This document shows, piece by piece, positions 53,103 to 64,000 of a stretch of DNA of 64,000 nt; position 1 is the stretch's first letter, and every line of letters begins with the position of its first letter. The notes under the pieces are model-generated. The model saw nothing but the letters and a program-made list of their open reading frames with translations. It had not been told where the DNA came from and ran no database searches. The translations under genes were made by a program, and so were the position numbers. The DNA is from Octopus vulgaris (Eukaryota). Location of the stretch: the NCBI GenBank assembly GCA_951406725.2, contig OX597821.1, forward strand, positions 115,196,001 through 115,260,000. Reading direction: 5' to 3'.

Positions 53103-53790
53103 ATATATATATATAGGTGCAGGCATGGATGTGTAGAAGTTTATTTCTAATCATGTGGTTCTGGGTTCCATCCCATTACATGGCACCTCCGACTGACGAC
53201 CAAAGCTTTGAGCATGGATTTGGTTGGCAAAAACTGGAAGGCACCAGTCAACTGAACTCACCCAGTCACCCTCAATTCTCTACATCTTTTCTCTCTTATG
53301 TTCACCTTCTTGAACTTTGCTTTTTGGGTGCCTTGACTCCTCATCACCACCCTTTCTGCCATTCTGCTTTGGGTAGCCATGAATATCTTCTACAGCAACA
53401 CCTCCTGTTCTTCTCTCTCTCTCTCTCTCTCACTCTCACTTTAGTCTTTCAACACTTGGCCTAAAGCCACTCACCCCCTTAACTCTGTACCCACAGCTCA
53501 GTTGCAAGTTTATTACTGACTTCATTAGTGCTGGTGCCACATAAAATGCACCCAATGCCCTCTGCAAAATGGTTGGCATTAGGAAGAGCATCCAACCATA
53601 GAGACCTTACCACAGCAGACGTTGGAACTCAGTGTGCAGTTTTCTGGCTTCTTAGATGCTGTTGAACCATGCCAGCATGGAAGACAGACATTAAATGGTA
53701 GTGGTGGTGGTGATGATGATAATCCTCAGCAAATTCCATCTGACCCATGCAAGCATGGAAAAATATATAAATATATATATATAAGCACAC

Positions 53791-53824
<34 letters not shown>

Positions 53825-53841
53825 ATATATATAAGCACACT

Positions 53842-53892
<51 letters not shown>

Positions 53893-54856
53893 TATGAGAG
53901 CACACGCATATGTGTGTGTGTGTGATAATTTACATTTGTTTTCAACTAAAGTCATGACCTATGAGCCATATTGTTGTTATTGTTGTCTTCTGTCAGCAAA
54001 TCCTGCACTCACTTCATTCTTTCTCATACAAGTGGGATAACAAATCCCCTACTTGAAAAACAGGTAAGGGTTAGTGACAGGAAGGATGTTTGGCTGTAAA
54101 ATAATGCCTCAATAATAAAATCATCTAACCCATGCTGACATGGAAAAACAGACATAAAATATACGTGTTATAAGGGTATTAAGAGCATCGTGATCGTTGC
54201 CAGAGCGACTATCTGGCCTCCGTGCCGGTGGCACGTAAAAGACCCCATTCTAGTGTGAACCCACTACAGCCAGCCATCAGTCATACGTCCAACCCATGCT
54301 AGCATGGAAAGCGGATGTTAAACGATGATGATGATGATATTCTAACCTAAGGCAGTAATCTTAGGACTGTCAGCAAGCTAGGCTAAATGCCTAATGGTAT
54401 TTCATCCATCTTTACATTCTGAGTTCAAATCCTGCCAAGGTGGACTTTGTGTTTCATCCTTTTGTGGGGTCAGTGTAATCAACTTAACTCTCCCCCAAAC
54501 TTGCTGGCCATGTGCTAAATATTTGAAACCTATATTACATTCCAACACATATCTTTACCGACAGAAAATAGTAACAAAAATAAAATTGATAAGCTTTTCC
54601 TTAGCTTTCCTTCGTAATTAGTTTATCTTGACATTCAGAGGGGGAAAAAAAATTCCATCTGGTTTTAAATGTGAGGGATTTTATTGATAAATTTGACGAA
54701 TGGTAGATTTTGAAAATTACAACGTGATTTATTTATTTATTTATAGAAGTTTTATCAGCGAAATCCCCCCTGATAAAAAGCTTATCTCTGCCTACCTGAA
54801 AATATTTTACACTAGTTTTTCTTATCACAGAAACTGTATTTATCAGTACGTGATCG

Positions 54857-54907
<51 letters not shown>

Positions 54908-54919
54908 TGTGTTTTGTAG

Positions 54920-55047
54920 AAATCTCCAGCAAAACAGATTGGTCATTCATTGAAAAAGTCATTCCGCTGTGTACCAAGCAAACCAAATCATAAAATTCCT
55001 ACTTTTTCTGACGTTCCAGAAAACCGAATTGATTTAACAAATATTGT
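54920..55047 (+). CDS. dtn: Dystrobrevin exon: KSPAKQIGHSLKKSFRCVPSKPNHKIPTFSDVPENRIDLTNI(V)
   Basis: Acceptor gttttgtag and donor gtaagt at 55048; 128 nt, phase 0 to 2. Matches KSPAKKLTNALSKSLSC...PEKPLNLAHIV. Not shown in the ORF track. Confidence 0.93.
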
Positions 55048-55416
55048 GTAAGTGTTTCTTCAGTTTCGTATTAATCAAATTCTTTGCCTTTGTAAATATA
55101 TTCTCTGCGATAAATGTGCACATATATTCATCCATGCTTGTATTTACATATGAGATTCTTATTTTGGTTGAGTGAGTCTCTGGCTGCTCTCATGCTTTTC
55201 CTGTGTATTCAGACAGTCACCAGGTAAGTGATGCCATAACTTGCCAGATGAATCTGCTGTGCACATACAGGTGAAACTGCAAAGCGGAAAGACACTGAAT
55301 TGCCTGAAATATATTAGTAATCTCAGCTATGGTATTGAGCACTCTTCTGACAGTCAACACTATACATATATACAAATATATATGTTTGTTTATATTTATT
55401 TCACTCTCTCTCTCTA

Positions 55417-55454
<38 letters not shown>

Positions 55455-55456
<2 letters not shown>

Positions 55457-55865
55457 ATCTTTTCGGTTTGAACGGCAGTTTTTAACATAATTTCCAGGTA
55501 ACTAAGAAAATTTTAACTTCGTATACTGGTAGAATGTGTTTATAAAACATCTTTTTCTCTTGGCTTTATTGAGAAAATTCTATAGTTTGTAAGATATTTG
55601 TTGTTTTTTTTCTTCAATTTCTGCAATTTCAACCAATCAATGATGTCCATTGAAGTAAAAAAACATTCTGTGCCGTATGAATATGTCCCTTGTTTAAGAA
55701 ACAGATTGGGTTTATTTACATTTCTGAAGAAAAAAAGATACCCTTCCCCTCCGCCCCTAACCCTAAAACATTGAAATGCAATAGATCGATACTAGGGTCA
55801 TAATTATGGGTGACAATTGCATATGTCACCGCTAGAAAAAACTGCTGTTCAAACCAAAAAGATCC
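55455..55865. mobile_element. MITE with ~29-bp TIRs inserted in (TA)n
   Basis: ggatcttttcggtttgaacggcagttttt ... aaaaactgctgttcaaaccaaaaagatcc. Confidence 0.85.
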
Positions 55866-56198
55866 ATATATATGCACAGACACACACACAACACATAAAT
55901 AACTGAATGATTTATTACTTCATCTTATGAATGTGTATGAACTCCTGTAGATGTATAAGAATGGTCTCTCTCTCTCTTTACCTCTCTCTTTCTCCCACCC
56001 TTTGTGTCTCTCTCTCCCTCCCTCCCTCCCTCTAATTCTCTCTCTCTCTCTCTCTGTTTGTCTCTCTCTCGCTTTTAACTTCTATTCTTCCAGCCCAGTG
56101 TTTATTCCAAATTATATCCCCAACCATTCCTCTTGTGCTACATGAAGCTAAAACAAAGAATTGGTTGTAAAACTTTCAGCAGAAGCAACAGTTCTTTA

Positions 56199-56234
<36 letters not shown>

Positions 56235-56810
56235 CTTTTTAAATATTATTTCATGTGGAAAATGTTTGTAGTTTGCCCCCACCCCACCCCCTATTGACTC
56301 TACCCTATTTAGGGATTAACTCCTTTTTTAGAAACAATATCTTTTTTTGAAGAACTATGATGATGTCGATTGATTTTGTTCATAGATATTGATTGTTATT
56401 GATCACCTGAAACATAAAAGATAAAGCTGATTTCAAAATCTGTTCAATAAGCAAGGAGATCATCTTAAAATGTCAGATACACGCCTTGGCATGACTCTTG
56501 TTCCTTTCTTCCATCAAATCCCAGAAAAAAAGTAAAGAAATCTTAAACACAAACACTGAGAAGATTACAAGAATCCACCCAGAACAACATGGCATCTATA
56601 GAAGTTATTCTTAAGTTGGCTGCCTGGCAGAATTCTTAGCATGCTGGTATTTTGTCTATCTTTACATTGTGGGTTCAAATGCTGCTGAGGTTGAAATTAC
56701 CTTTCATCCTTTCAGGGTTGATAAAATAAGTACCAGTTGAATACTGGGGATGATGTAATTGGCTTGACCCCTTTCCCCAAAATTACAGGCCTTGTGCCAA
56801 AATTTGAAAC

Positions 56811-56855
<45 letters not shown>

Positions 56856-56871
56856 CATTATTATTATTATT

Positions 56872-57001
56872 ATTACCTCTGCCTTAGCGAAGGCAGAGGT
56901 ATTGTTTTTAGTCATGTTTGTTTGACTGTGGACAAGATATCTCAAGAACCACTGGATGGATTCGAATGAAACTTTCAGGGATGTTTGGCCTCATGACTGC
57001 C
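56872..57001 (+). mobile_element. Helentron/HINE-like non-autonomous element fragment
   Basis: Terminal hairpin tacctctgcctt-agcg-aaggcagaggta, followed by (gttt)n and tggatggattcgaatgaaacttt. Confidence 0.55.
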
Positions 57002-58805
57002 AAAATTTGAAACCATTGTTATTATCATTAAGCTGGTAGAATCGTTAGCATGCCAGCCAGAATACTTTGTAGCATTTCATGTCTTTACACTCTGACCGCA
57101 GCTTTTCTTGAGATCAGCTTTGCTTTTAATTCTTTCAGGGTCAATAAAATAAGTACCAGTTGCATACTGGGGTTGATGTAATTGACTAAGCCCTCTCCCT
57201 CAAAATTCCAGGCCTTGTAGCTGCAGTAGAAAGGGTTATTATTATAAGGAACAGCATCTAATGCTCACAGCAATGTTGTCATGTTCCAAGAATTTGAAAA
57301 CTGGACAAAGTTACAATGATTCTAAAACTTAACTAAATTCCTCTTGAAGGAGCAACATTCCTCTATACACATTGGAAATGTAAGAGAGATTTATAGTGTG
57401 TACTCACACACCACATACATTCTTTTTCACAATGTGTAGCATGGATTCAGACCCACTAAACCTGATTGTTACACCACTCACAAAAGGCCAGTTATGGCTT
57501 TGGCAAAAAGAAAAAGGAAAAAAAGCATCTATCTTGTTTGTTACTGTTGACATTGACCAGTCTTTTGACTCCAGTTCTTTCCACCACTTGGAAATAAAAT
57601 ACATAGCATCATAGGAAACACAGTCAGGTCTATAAGACAACACCCTTGGGTTTATTTGTGAAGCTTGTTAAGTCTTTAATCATTTATTGTTTACAAAAGA
57701 TAATGGTGTAGCATTACAGGTGTTACATTACAGGTGTTACATTACAGGTGTATTATGAGGACATATTTGTGTTGCTCACCTGACCTGAATTTGTCTTCTT
57801 CCTATTGGAAGATGTTGTCAAGGTCTCCATTCATGGCAACTGTGTTTATTTTGGTGTAAGATGTCCAGATCATATGTTGATCAATGTCCATACGGTTGGG
57901 ATCATGTGTTGATTGATGTCCATCTGGTAGAATAACGAATGACATCGTTTGCATAGTTGGCAGTGGCTGAGAAGCGCCATCCATGTACAGGAAGAAGTAA
58001 GATTGGAGAGATACGTGAACAAGCCTCATCATCATCATCACAGTCGTTTCACATTCCTTTTCCAAACTGGCATGGAGTGGATGGTTCCAACAGGATCTAA
58101 CAAGTCAGAGAGCGGCACCAAACCACAATTTCTTTGGCAATGTTTCTACAGCTGGATGCTTTTCCCAGTGCCAACCATTCTACAGTCTACTGGATGCTTT
58201 TTATTTTTTCGTGACACCAGTCCTAGTGAGGTTTCCATGTAACTTGCAAGACAAAGTCTCCCTTGACTGAGTGGAGTGGAGTGTAGTCTTGAGGAAAGTG
58301 GCTTTATGTCAGGTGTTAAGAGTATAAAGTCTGAGAGAGGGACAGAAAGAACAGGTGTTTTGCTTTAAAAGAGATACATGGTTACCCCGCCCCCAGCTGG
58401 AAAGAGAGAAAAGAGATGGGGATATGAGGTTATTGGGGTTTAACCTCAAGGTACAAAGTGAATATGTGAGAGAGAAAAGGGACAGGGGATTGCAAAGAGT
58501 GGGTGGGTGGGTAAGTAGGTAGGTAGAATATGAAAGGTGAGTGTTGAGTGGTTAGGGATAGGGATACAGGTGGATATAGGGAATGGCATGGTTAATGATG
58601 TGTATCAGATTGGGGTCAGAGGAGGAGGTGAAGGAAATAGAAGTGGGTCAGGAAGGAGGAGGTGGTAGGTGATAATACCAAAAAAAAATAGGATGGTGGC
58701 GGTGGAGAGCTTTCTTCCTCCCTATCTGTTGACCATGTGGTTGTTGGGACATTCATTGATGACATCACAACCAAACTTTTATCATTAAAATTTATCTGCA
58801 ATAAA

Positions 58806-59058
58806 TTGTGTCTGGAGAGAGTCCTTCTCTTTTACTGCCTTATAATTTAACACACTCACCGGTAAAATTTCCACTCCTTTATTTTTCTAAAATTTTCGTT
58901 CCGTCTTGCGACCTTTTCAATGGTTATTGACTTTCAGCAATTATTGAAAAGGTTGCAAGACACAACAGAAATTTTAGAAAAATAAATGAGTGGAAATTTT
59001 ACCGGTGAGTGTGTTAAATTATAAGGCCGTAAAAGAGAATGACTCTCCCCAGACACAA
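58806..59058. mobile_element. Foldback/MITE-like palindrome, ~120-bp arms
   Basis: ttgtgtctggagagagtc...ccttttcaat versus attgaaaagg...gactctccccagacacaa. Confidence 0.88.
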
Positions 59059-59590
59059 CAGAATATGCTTCAACACACGAATTCACATAAAGAATCTTGC
59101 AAACCAAATCCCAAAACGAAGTGCAGTAAATTGGTTATACTTAACACAACACACTAAATATTTTAACAATTCTTTTTTATATACAATATTTAATTATAAA
59201 AATGTAATAGAATTTTTTAGGGTCCGGTAAAGTAAAACAGGGACCAAAAAGGTCTAAACAAAAAGGGGGGAAAAAATGGTTGAGAAGCCCTGATTGTAGA
59301 ATGGTGTGGTTGTGCAAGAAATCATTGTTTGAGAGGAAAATTTAAAAGAAAAAAAATGTCAATCAAGGTAATAGTTTTAGATTTATTATCCACTTCCACC
59401 TGGCCCTCCACTTCAGATTGTTTTAGTATCACCAGATAACAATAATGGAATGCTTCCATCATTTTTTCCATATAATACCTGTTTTAATTTGTGTTTCTTC
59501 TATGAAATATGGCCATATGTTTTCTGGCTTAAATAGCTGCTGTTACAGGAATTCTTAACTAATGTTTCTGCAAACAGAAAACATGAAGGT

Positions 59591-59632
<42 letters not shown>

Positions 59633-59807
59633 CCCTGTCTTGTTAGTGTGAAACAAAATCTTAGTAATATTCCATTATCACAGCTTACCATTATTATTCC
59701 TTGCCAACATTGAGATTAGATTACTGGACTTGGTGCAAAACTAATTTAATTTCCATTTGCTGTTACTAGCAATAACAATACCACCACCACCACTGCTGCT
59801 ACTGCTG

Positions 59808-59865
<58 letters not shown>

Positions 59866-59988
59866 GTTCTTAGTGAACAGCATGATTTTCTTTCAATTTC
59901 CTATTCTTCGACCTCGCCATCCTTTACTATTCTGTAGAATGAAATGGAAGCATCAGAGAGAAACCAATGTTTCTCAATCACTTCAAAT

Positions 59989-60061
<73 letters not shown>

Positions 60062-60744
60062 TTTCTGCATTTTTCTCAATCATTTCAATTCAGTTTTTTT
60101 CCCCTCCCTCCTAATATATTTCTATGTCATTGCTTTTTAGTCTCCCCACCATCACCACCACCACCACCACATCACTTACTGCCCACCTGTTCCCACCTCT
60201 TTCTCTTTCTCTCCCTATTTCTTCCCCCACCCCACCCCACCCATCTCTCTCTTCTCTTACGAACTTATTTATTTCTTATTCCTCCTGATTCCCCCACCAC
60301 ATACCCCCTGCATTCCTTTCTCCCACTTTAATTTCCAATTAGTATCTTTAAGTTTTTTTATAACTCCCCCCCCCCCCCTTTTTATTTCATTACATTACAT
60401 TACCCATGTCTAACTTTTCTTTGGTTCTTCATAATCTGATTTTTTTTCTTTTGGTTTTATATAACAGTCTTTTCCTAATTCTTTCAATTCACACTTTTTC
60501 ATCCATTGCCACTTCTCTCTCTCTCTCTCTCTCTCTCCCCACCCCCCACGTACTTTAAGCTTCTCTCTTCAACTTTTTAATATAATTTTCCTCTACGTCC
60601 AATCTTACTTGCCATAACAATCACTTGTGGAAGAAGCAAACCATTTTTGTTATGACTTCACCAAGACATCGTTTATAGTTTTGTAATTTCATTATTATTT
60701 ATTTGTTGCCAAAATCTCCAAGATTTTTCTCTTTTCTTCTGAAG

Positions 60745-60840
60745 GCCACCAACCCCCGTAATGGTGCACAACGATCTCCAAGAGGCTTGTAGTCATTCTA
60801 TTGACTTGTCTTCAGTTGACAGTGGTCCAACTTCAAGAAG
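60745..60840 (+). CDS. dtn: Dystrobrevin exon: (V)PPTPVMVHNDLQEACSHSIDLSSVDSGPTSR(R/S)
   Basis: Acceptor tttttctcttttcttctgaag and donor ag|gtttgt; 96 nt, phase 2 to 2, open frame. Resembles vertebrate PPRPVTSMND..SHS..SS. Confidence 0.8.
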
Positions 60841-62029
60841 GTTTGTACTGCAGACACTCTGCTATTCTCAGTCTCCTCTTCCACTTGTACAATCATCATC
60901 ATCATCATCATCGTTTAATGTCCGTTTTCCATGCTAGCATGGGTTAGGCAATTTGACTGCAGTCTGGCGAACCAGATGGCTGCACCAGGCTCCAGTCTGA
61001 TCTAGCAATGTTTCTACAGCTGGATGCCCTTCCTAACGCCAACCACTCCATGAGTGTAGTTGATGCTTTTTAAGTGCCACCGGCACAGGTGCCAGGGGAG
61101 GCTGGCAGCATCAACGATCGGTTGGTGCTTTTTACGTGCCACCAGCACCGAAGCCAGTCAAGGTGGCGCTGGCATCAACCATGTTCAGATGGTGCATTTT
61201 ACGTGCCACCGGCACAGGTATCACAACTACAATTTCCTTGTTGTTCTGTTCATTTGAGTCGAGGAACCAGGAGAAGCACTCATGATTTTTACCAAAGCCC
61301 TTGAAAGTCGCGAGAGGAAAGAAGGGATAAAGCAATCTTCAGACTAGGAATCGGATTCAGGTATTTCCTTGCAGCAGAAATAGACTCACCTGAAGACATC
61401 TCATTGTCATCTGGTTGAGCTTGCTCAGACATTTTTAATCTGCACATGCTGTCCATCTTGGTCCCGCATTTGTTGAGGGAAGTCTTTGGGGGTGTCATCC
61501 GGTCTCTCCTGTGAGTTGATCTACATACATTGTGTTCTAATGACCTCCTTAAATATGGCCAAATGTATATATAATATCTTCTGAGTATTTACCACTGTGT
61601 GTAGAATTAATCTTGGATATATACTTATGTGTGTGTGTATTAAATAAAATGAGACAGCGAAGCCAAGGCTGTGTGGAATTTTCAGGACATTTACAAAGAG
61701 AGAGTTAATCTTTCTGGGATATTAGGGATATCCCTTCATCGGAGACGATATGAGAGAGTGAAATAGTGGGAAATATTTGAGTTCAATATAAGGAGTTATT
61801 TTGGAAAAGGAAGGAAATAAGGAGTATATAGGGAAATAGGAGAATGAATGTAGAAATAAGAATTTTTTAAAATATAAAGATGTTATATTTGTAGTCCCAT
61901 TATTTAAGGAATTTCTACCATTTCTACACACCACTTTCCTTAGATAATGGAACTGCAACTATAGCATCTTTATACATTTTTATTTTTATTTCTACACTCA
62001 TTCTCCTATTTGCCTGTAAAGTTGTCATG

Positions 62030-62705
62030 GCGATACCTGCTCAGAGGCCTGCGCAAGGTTGCAGAAAGTATATGGAGAGATGTATACGAGTTGCACACAA
62101 ATGTATGAGTGGTTCAGACGTTTCCAAGATGGTCAAAAAAATGTTGATATTGACGAATGTTCTGGGCAACTCACAACCAGCAGAACTGAGAAAAACATCA
62201 CAGATGTGCATGTGGCTGTGATGGGAAATTGTCAAATCACCATCCGTGAGTTATCAGAGGATGTGCAGATTAGTGACGGTTCAGTTCATTATCACTGAAG
62301 ATTTAGGTATGAGACACGTGTCTGCCAAGTTTGTGCCAAAACTGCTTTCAGCTGACCAAAAGGACACTCAGGTTTCAGTTGTACAAGGTCTCCTTGATTG
62401 TGTCAAGAACAATGAAAACATTTTGAAAACTTTGTGTAGGCCTCTGAGTAGGTATCATCAAGGTTTTGGCAAAATTTGATGCAGATTCTCTGCTAAACTG
62501 TCTCTGTCATGGTCAATGCAACAATCACACGCTACACACCTTCCTTCCAAGCACTGCTGTAAACAGCAGATGTGAGCGAGAACATTAAAACTTAGTGCAC
62601 ATGTGCAGCAGAGTTCAAGGTCAATCTGTGCCAAGCAGCTTCATGCTGCATGCTTTAGCTTTGTTACTATAGCAACAGTCTGGATACTTATTGATCAGAC
62701 CACAT
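62030..62705 (+). mobile_element. Mariner element remnant (N-terminal transposase HTH, internally deleted)
   Basis: LQKVYGE...MYEWFRRFQDG...SG..TT...ITIRELSE...LGMRHVSAKFVPKLL; a TIR-like end acttattgatcagacc lies near 62700. Confidence 0.85.
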
Positions 62706-64000
62706 GCATGCACACACCCACATACATACATACATATAGATAGATAGATATATGAACATCTATCGATACACACACACACACACATATCTATATACACATG
62801 CAAATATATTGATATATGCATATATATATTTTTATGTACACACACACATATATATGCCTGTATACACATACACACACACACATATATTCCAGATATGAAT
62901 ACTTGTAACAAGATTGAAGAATTTAAAGTAACAAAATAATAACAATCCATTAAAAAAAGAGTTAACAGCAGATTACCATTTGTTATGGAATCTTCTGGAA
63001 TGTTCCCTCAGACAAATTCTTGAACATATTTTCGTCTTTTATATGAGGACAATATCAATATCAAGAATCGACCGTGCCATTTTTATCTTTGAAAAGAAGC
63101 ATTTTATGTGACTTTCCAACAATAATTCTCATTAGATATCTTTCGTATACCCTTTGGGATCAACAAAATTAGTCAGAACGACTCGCTGCCTCCCCACAAA
63201 CCTTGTGTGGCTTATTTGATCAAATAACTTATATTCCAATTATCTATACAACTTGTTGAGTATCTGGTTCGTTATCATTTTATATGTAATTCAACACCAG
63301 ACCATCATTACAGCAACAACAGTGGCAGTGGTAGCAACAATGGTGGTGGTGGTGGTGGTGGTGGAGATGGTGATAGCGATGGTAGTAGTGGCGGTAATAT
63401 CACAGTGGTTGTAATGGTGATGATGGTGGTGGTGGTGGTGGTGGTGGTGCCAGTCGTAGTAACTCCTCCACCATGCACTCTCGTCTTACTAAACATGTTT
63501 AGAAAGATCTCTTGAAATTTTACCGATTCTTAAGCTGAGATATTCAATATCTGCAAGATTAGACATTCTTAGGAATGGCAATCTTAACCTAATCTCTAAA
63601 GAATGGCATTAATAATGACAGTTCCAGTTCTTATATATCTGAAATACCTTTGGTAGAATCAAGATCTCAGAAGAACCAGGAACTAATGCAAGCGATTACT
63701 TAGTGTCAGCTCTGAAACTCACTTCTCATCGTTTACTGCAGAACCCCAGCACCCTTGGCTCCCCATGTCTTCTTGGTACTTATTTCGTTAGTTCTGAGAA
63801 TAAGGACAGAGAGAAAGGGCTATCATCATCATCATCAAGTCCCCATGTCCCACACTAGAATGGGTTGGATGGTTTGACAATCCCCTATGGGTCCAAGGAC
63901 TGCATTGTGATCCCATGTCTCCTTTGCTATGATTTTCATGACTGGATTCCCTTCCTAAAGCCAACCATTTTGCAATGTGCTCTGGCTGCATTTTACATGG

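Noticed and set aside
55745-55766. ccctaaccctaa telomere-like repeat
   Set aside because: Only two units, and internal to a MITE.
63742-63775. Possible further dystrobrevin exon (R)TPAPLAPHVFL
   Set aside because: Weak donor (gtactt), 34-nt length and no recognisable dystrobrevin similarity.

Overview
AT-rich, microsatellite- and SINE-dense animal genomic DNA; the repeat landscape suggests an octopod cephalopod (inference). The window lies inside one + strand dystrobrevin gene. Five phase-compatible exons were read directly (10134-10285, 40533-40641, 41765-41931 ZZ finger, 54920-55047, 60745-60840), plus a candidate 9-nt microexon at 44659-44667. The introns hold RTE and CR1 LINE fragments, a Penelope GIY-YIG remnant, a near-full-length IR/DR Tc1, mariner, piggyBac-like and Helitron non-autonomous elements, and several SINE families. 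The most striking feature the ORF track does not explain is a set of eight minimal type-I hammerhead-ribozyme motifs from about five sequence families. Several sit inside or at the centre of long palindromic elements inserted in or near (TA)n tracts, consistent with Penelope-type pLTRs or non-autonomous ribozyme retroelements. All coordinates were read by eye, and repeat boundaries are approximate.
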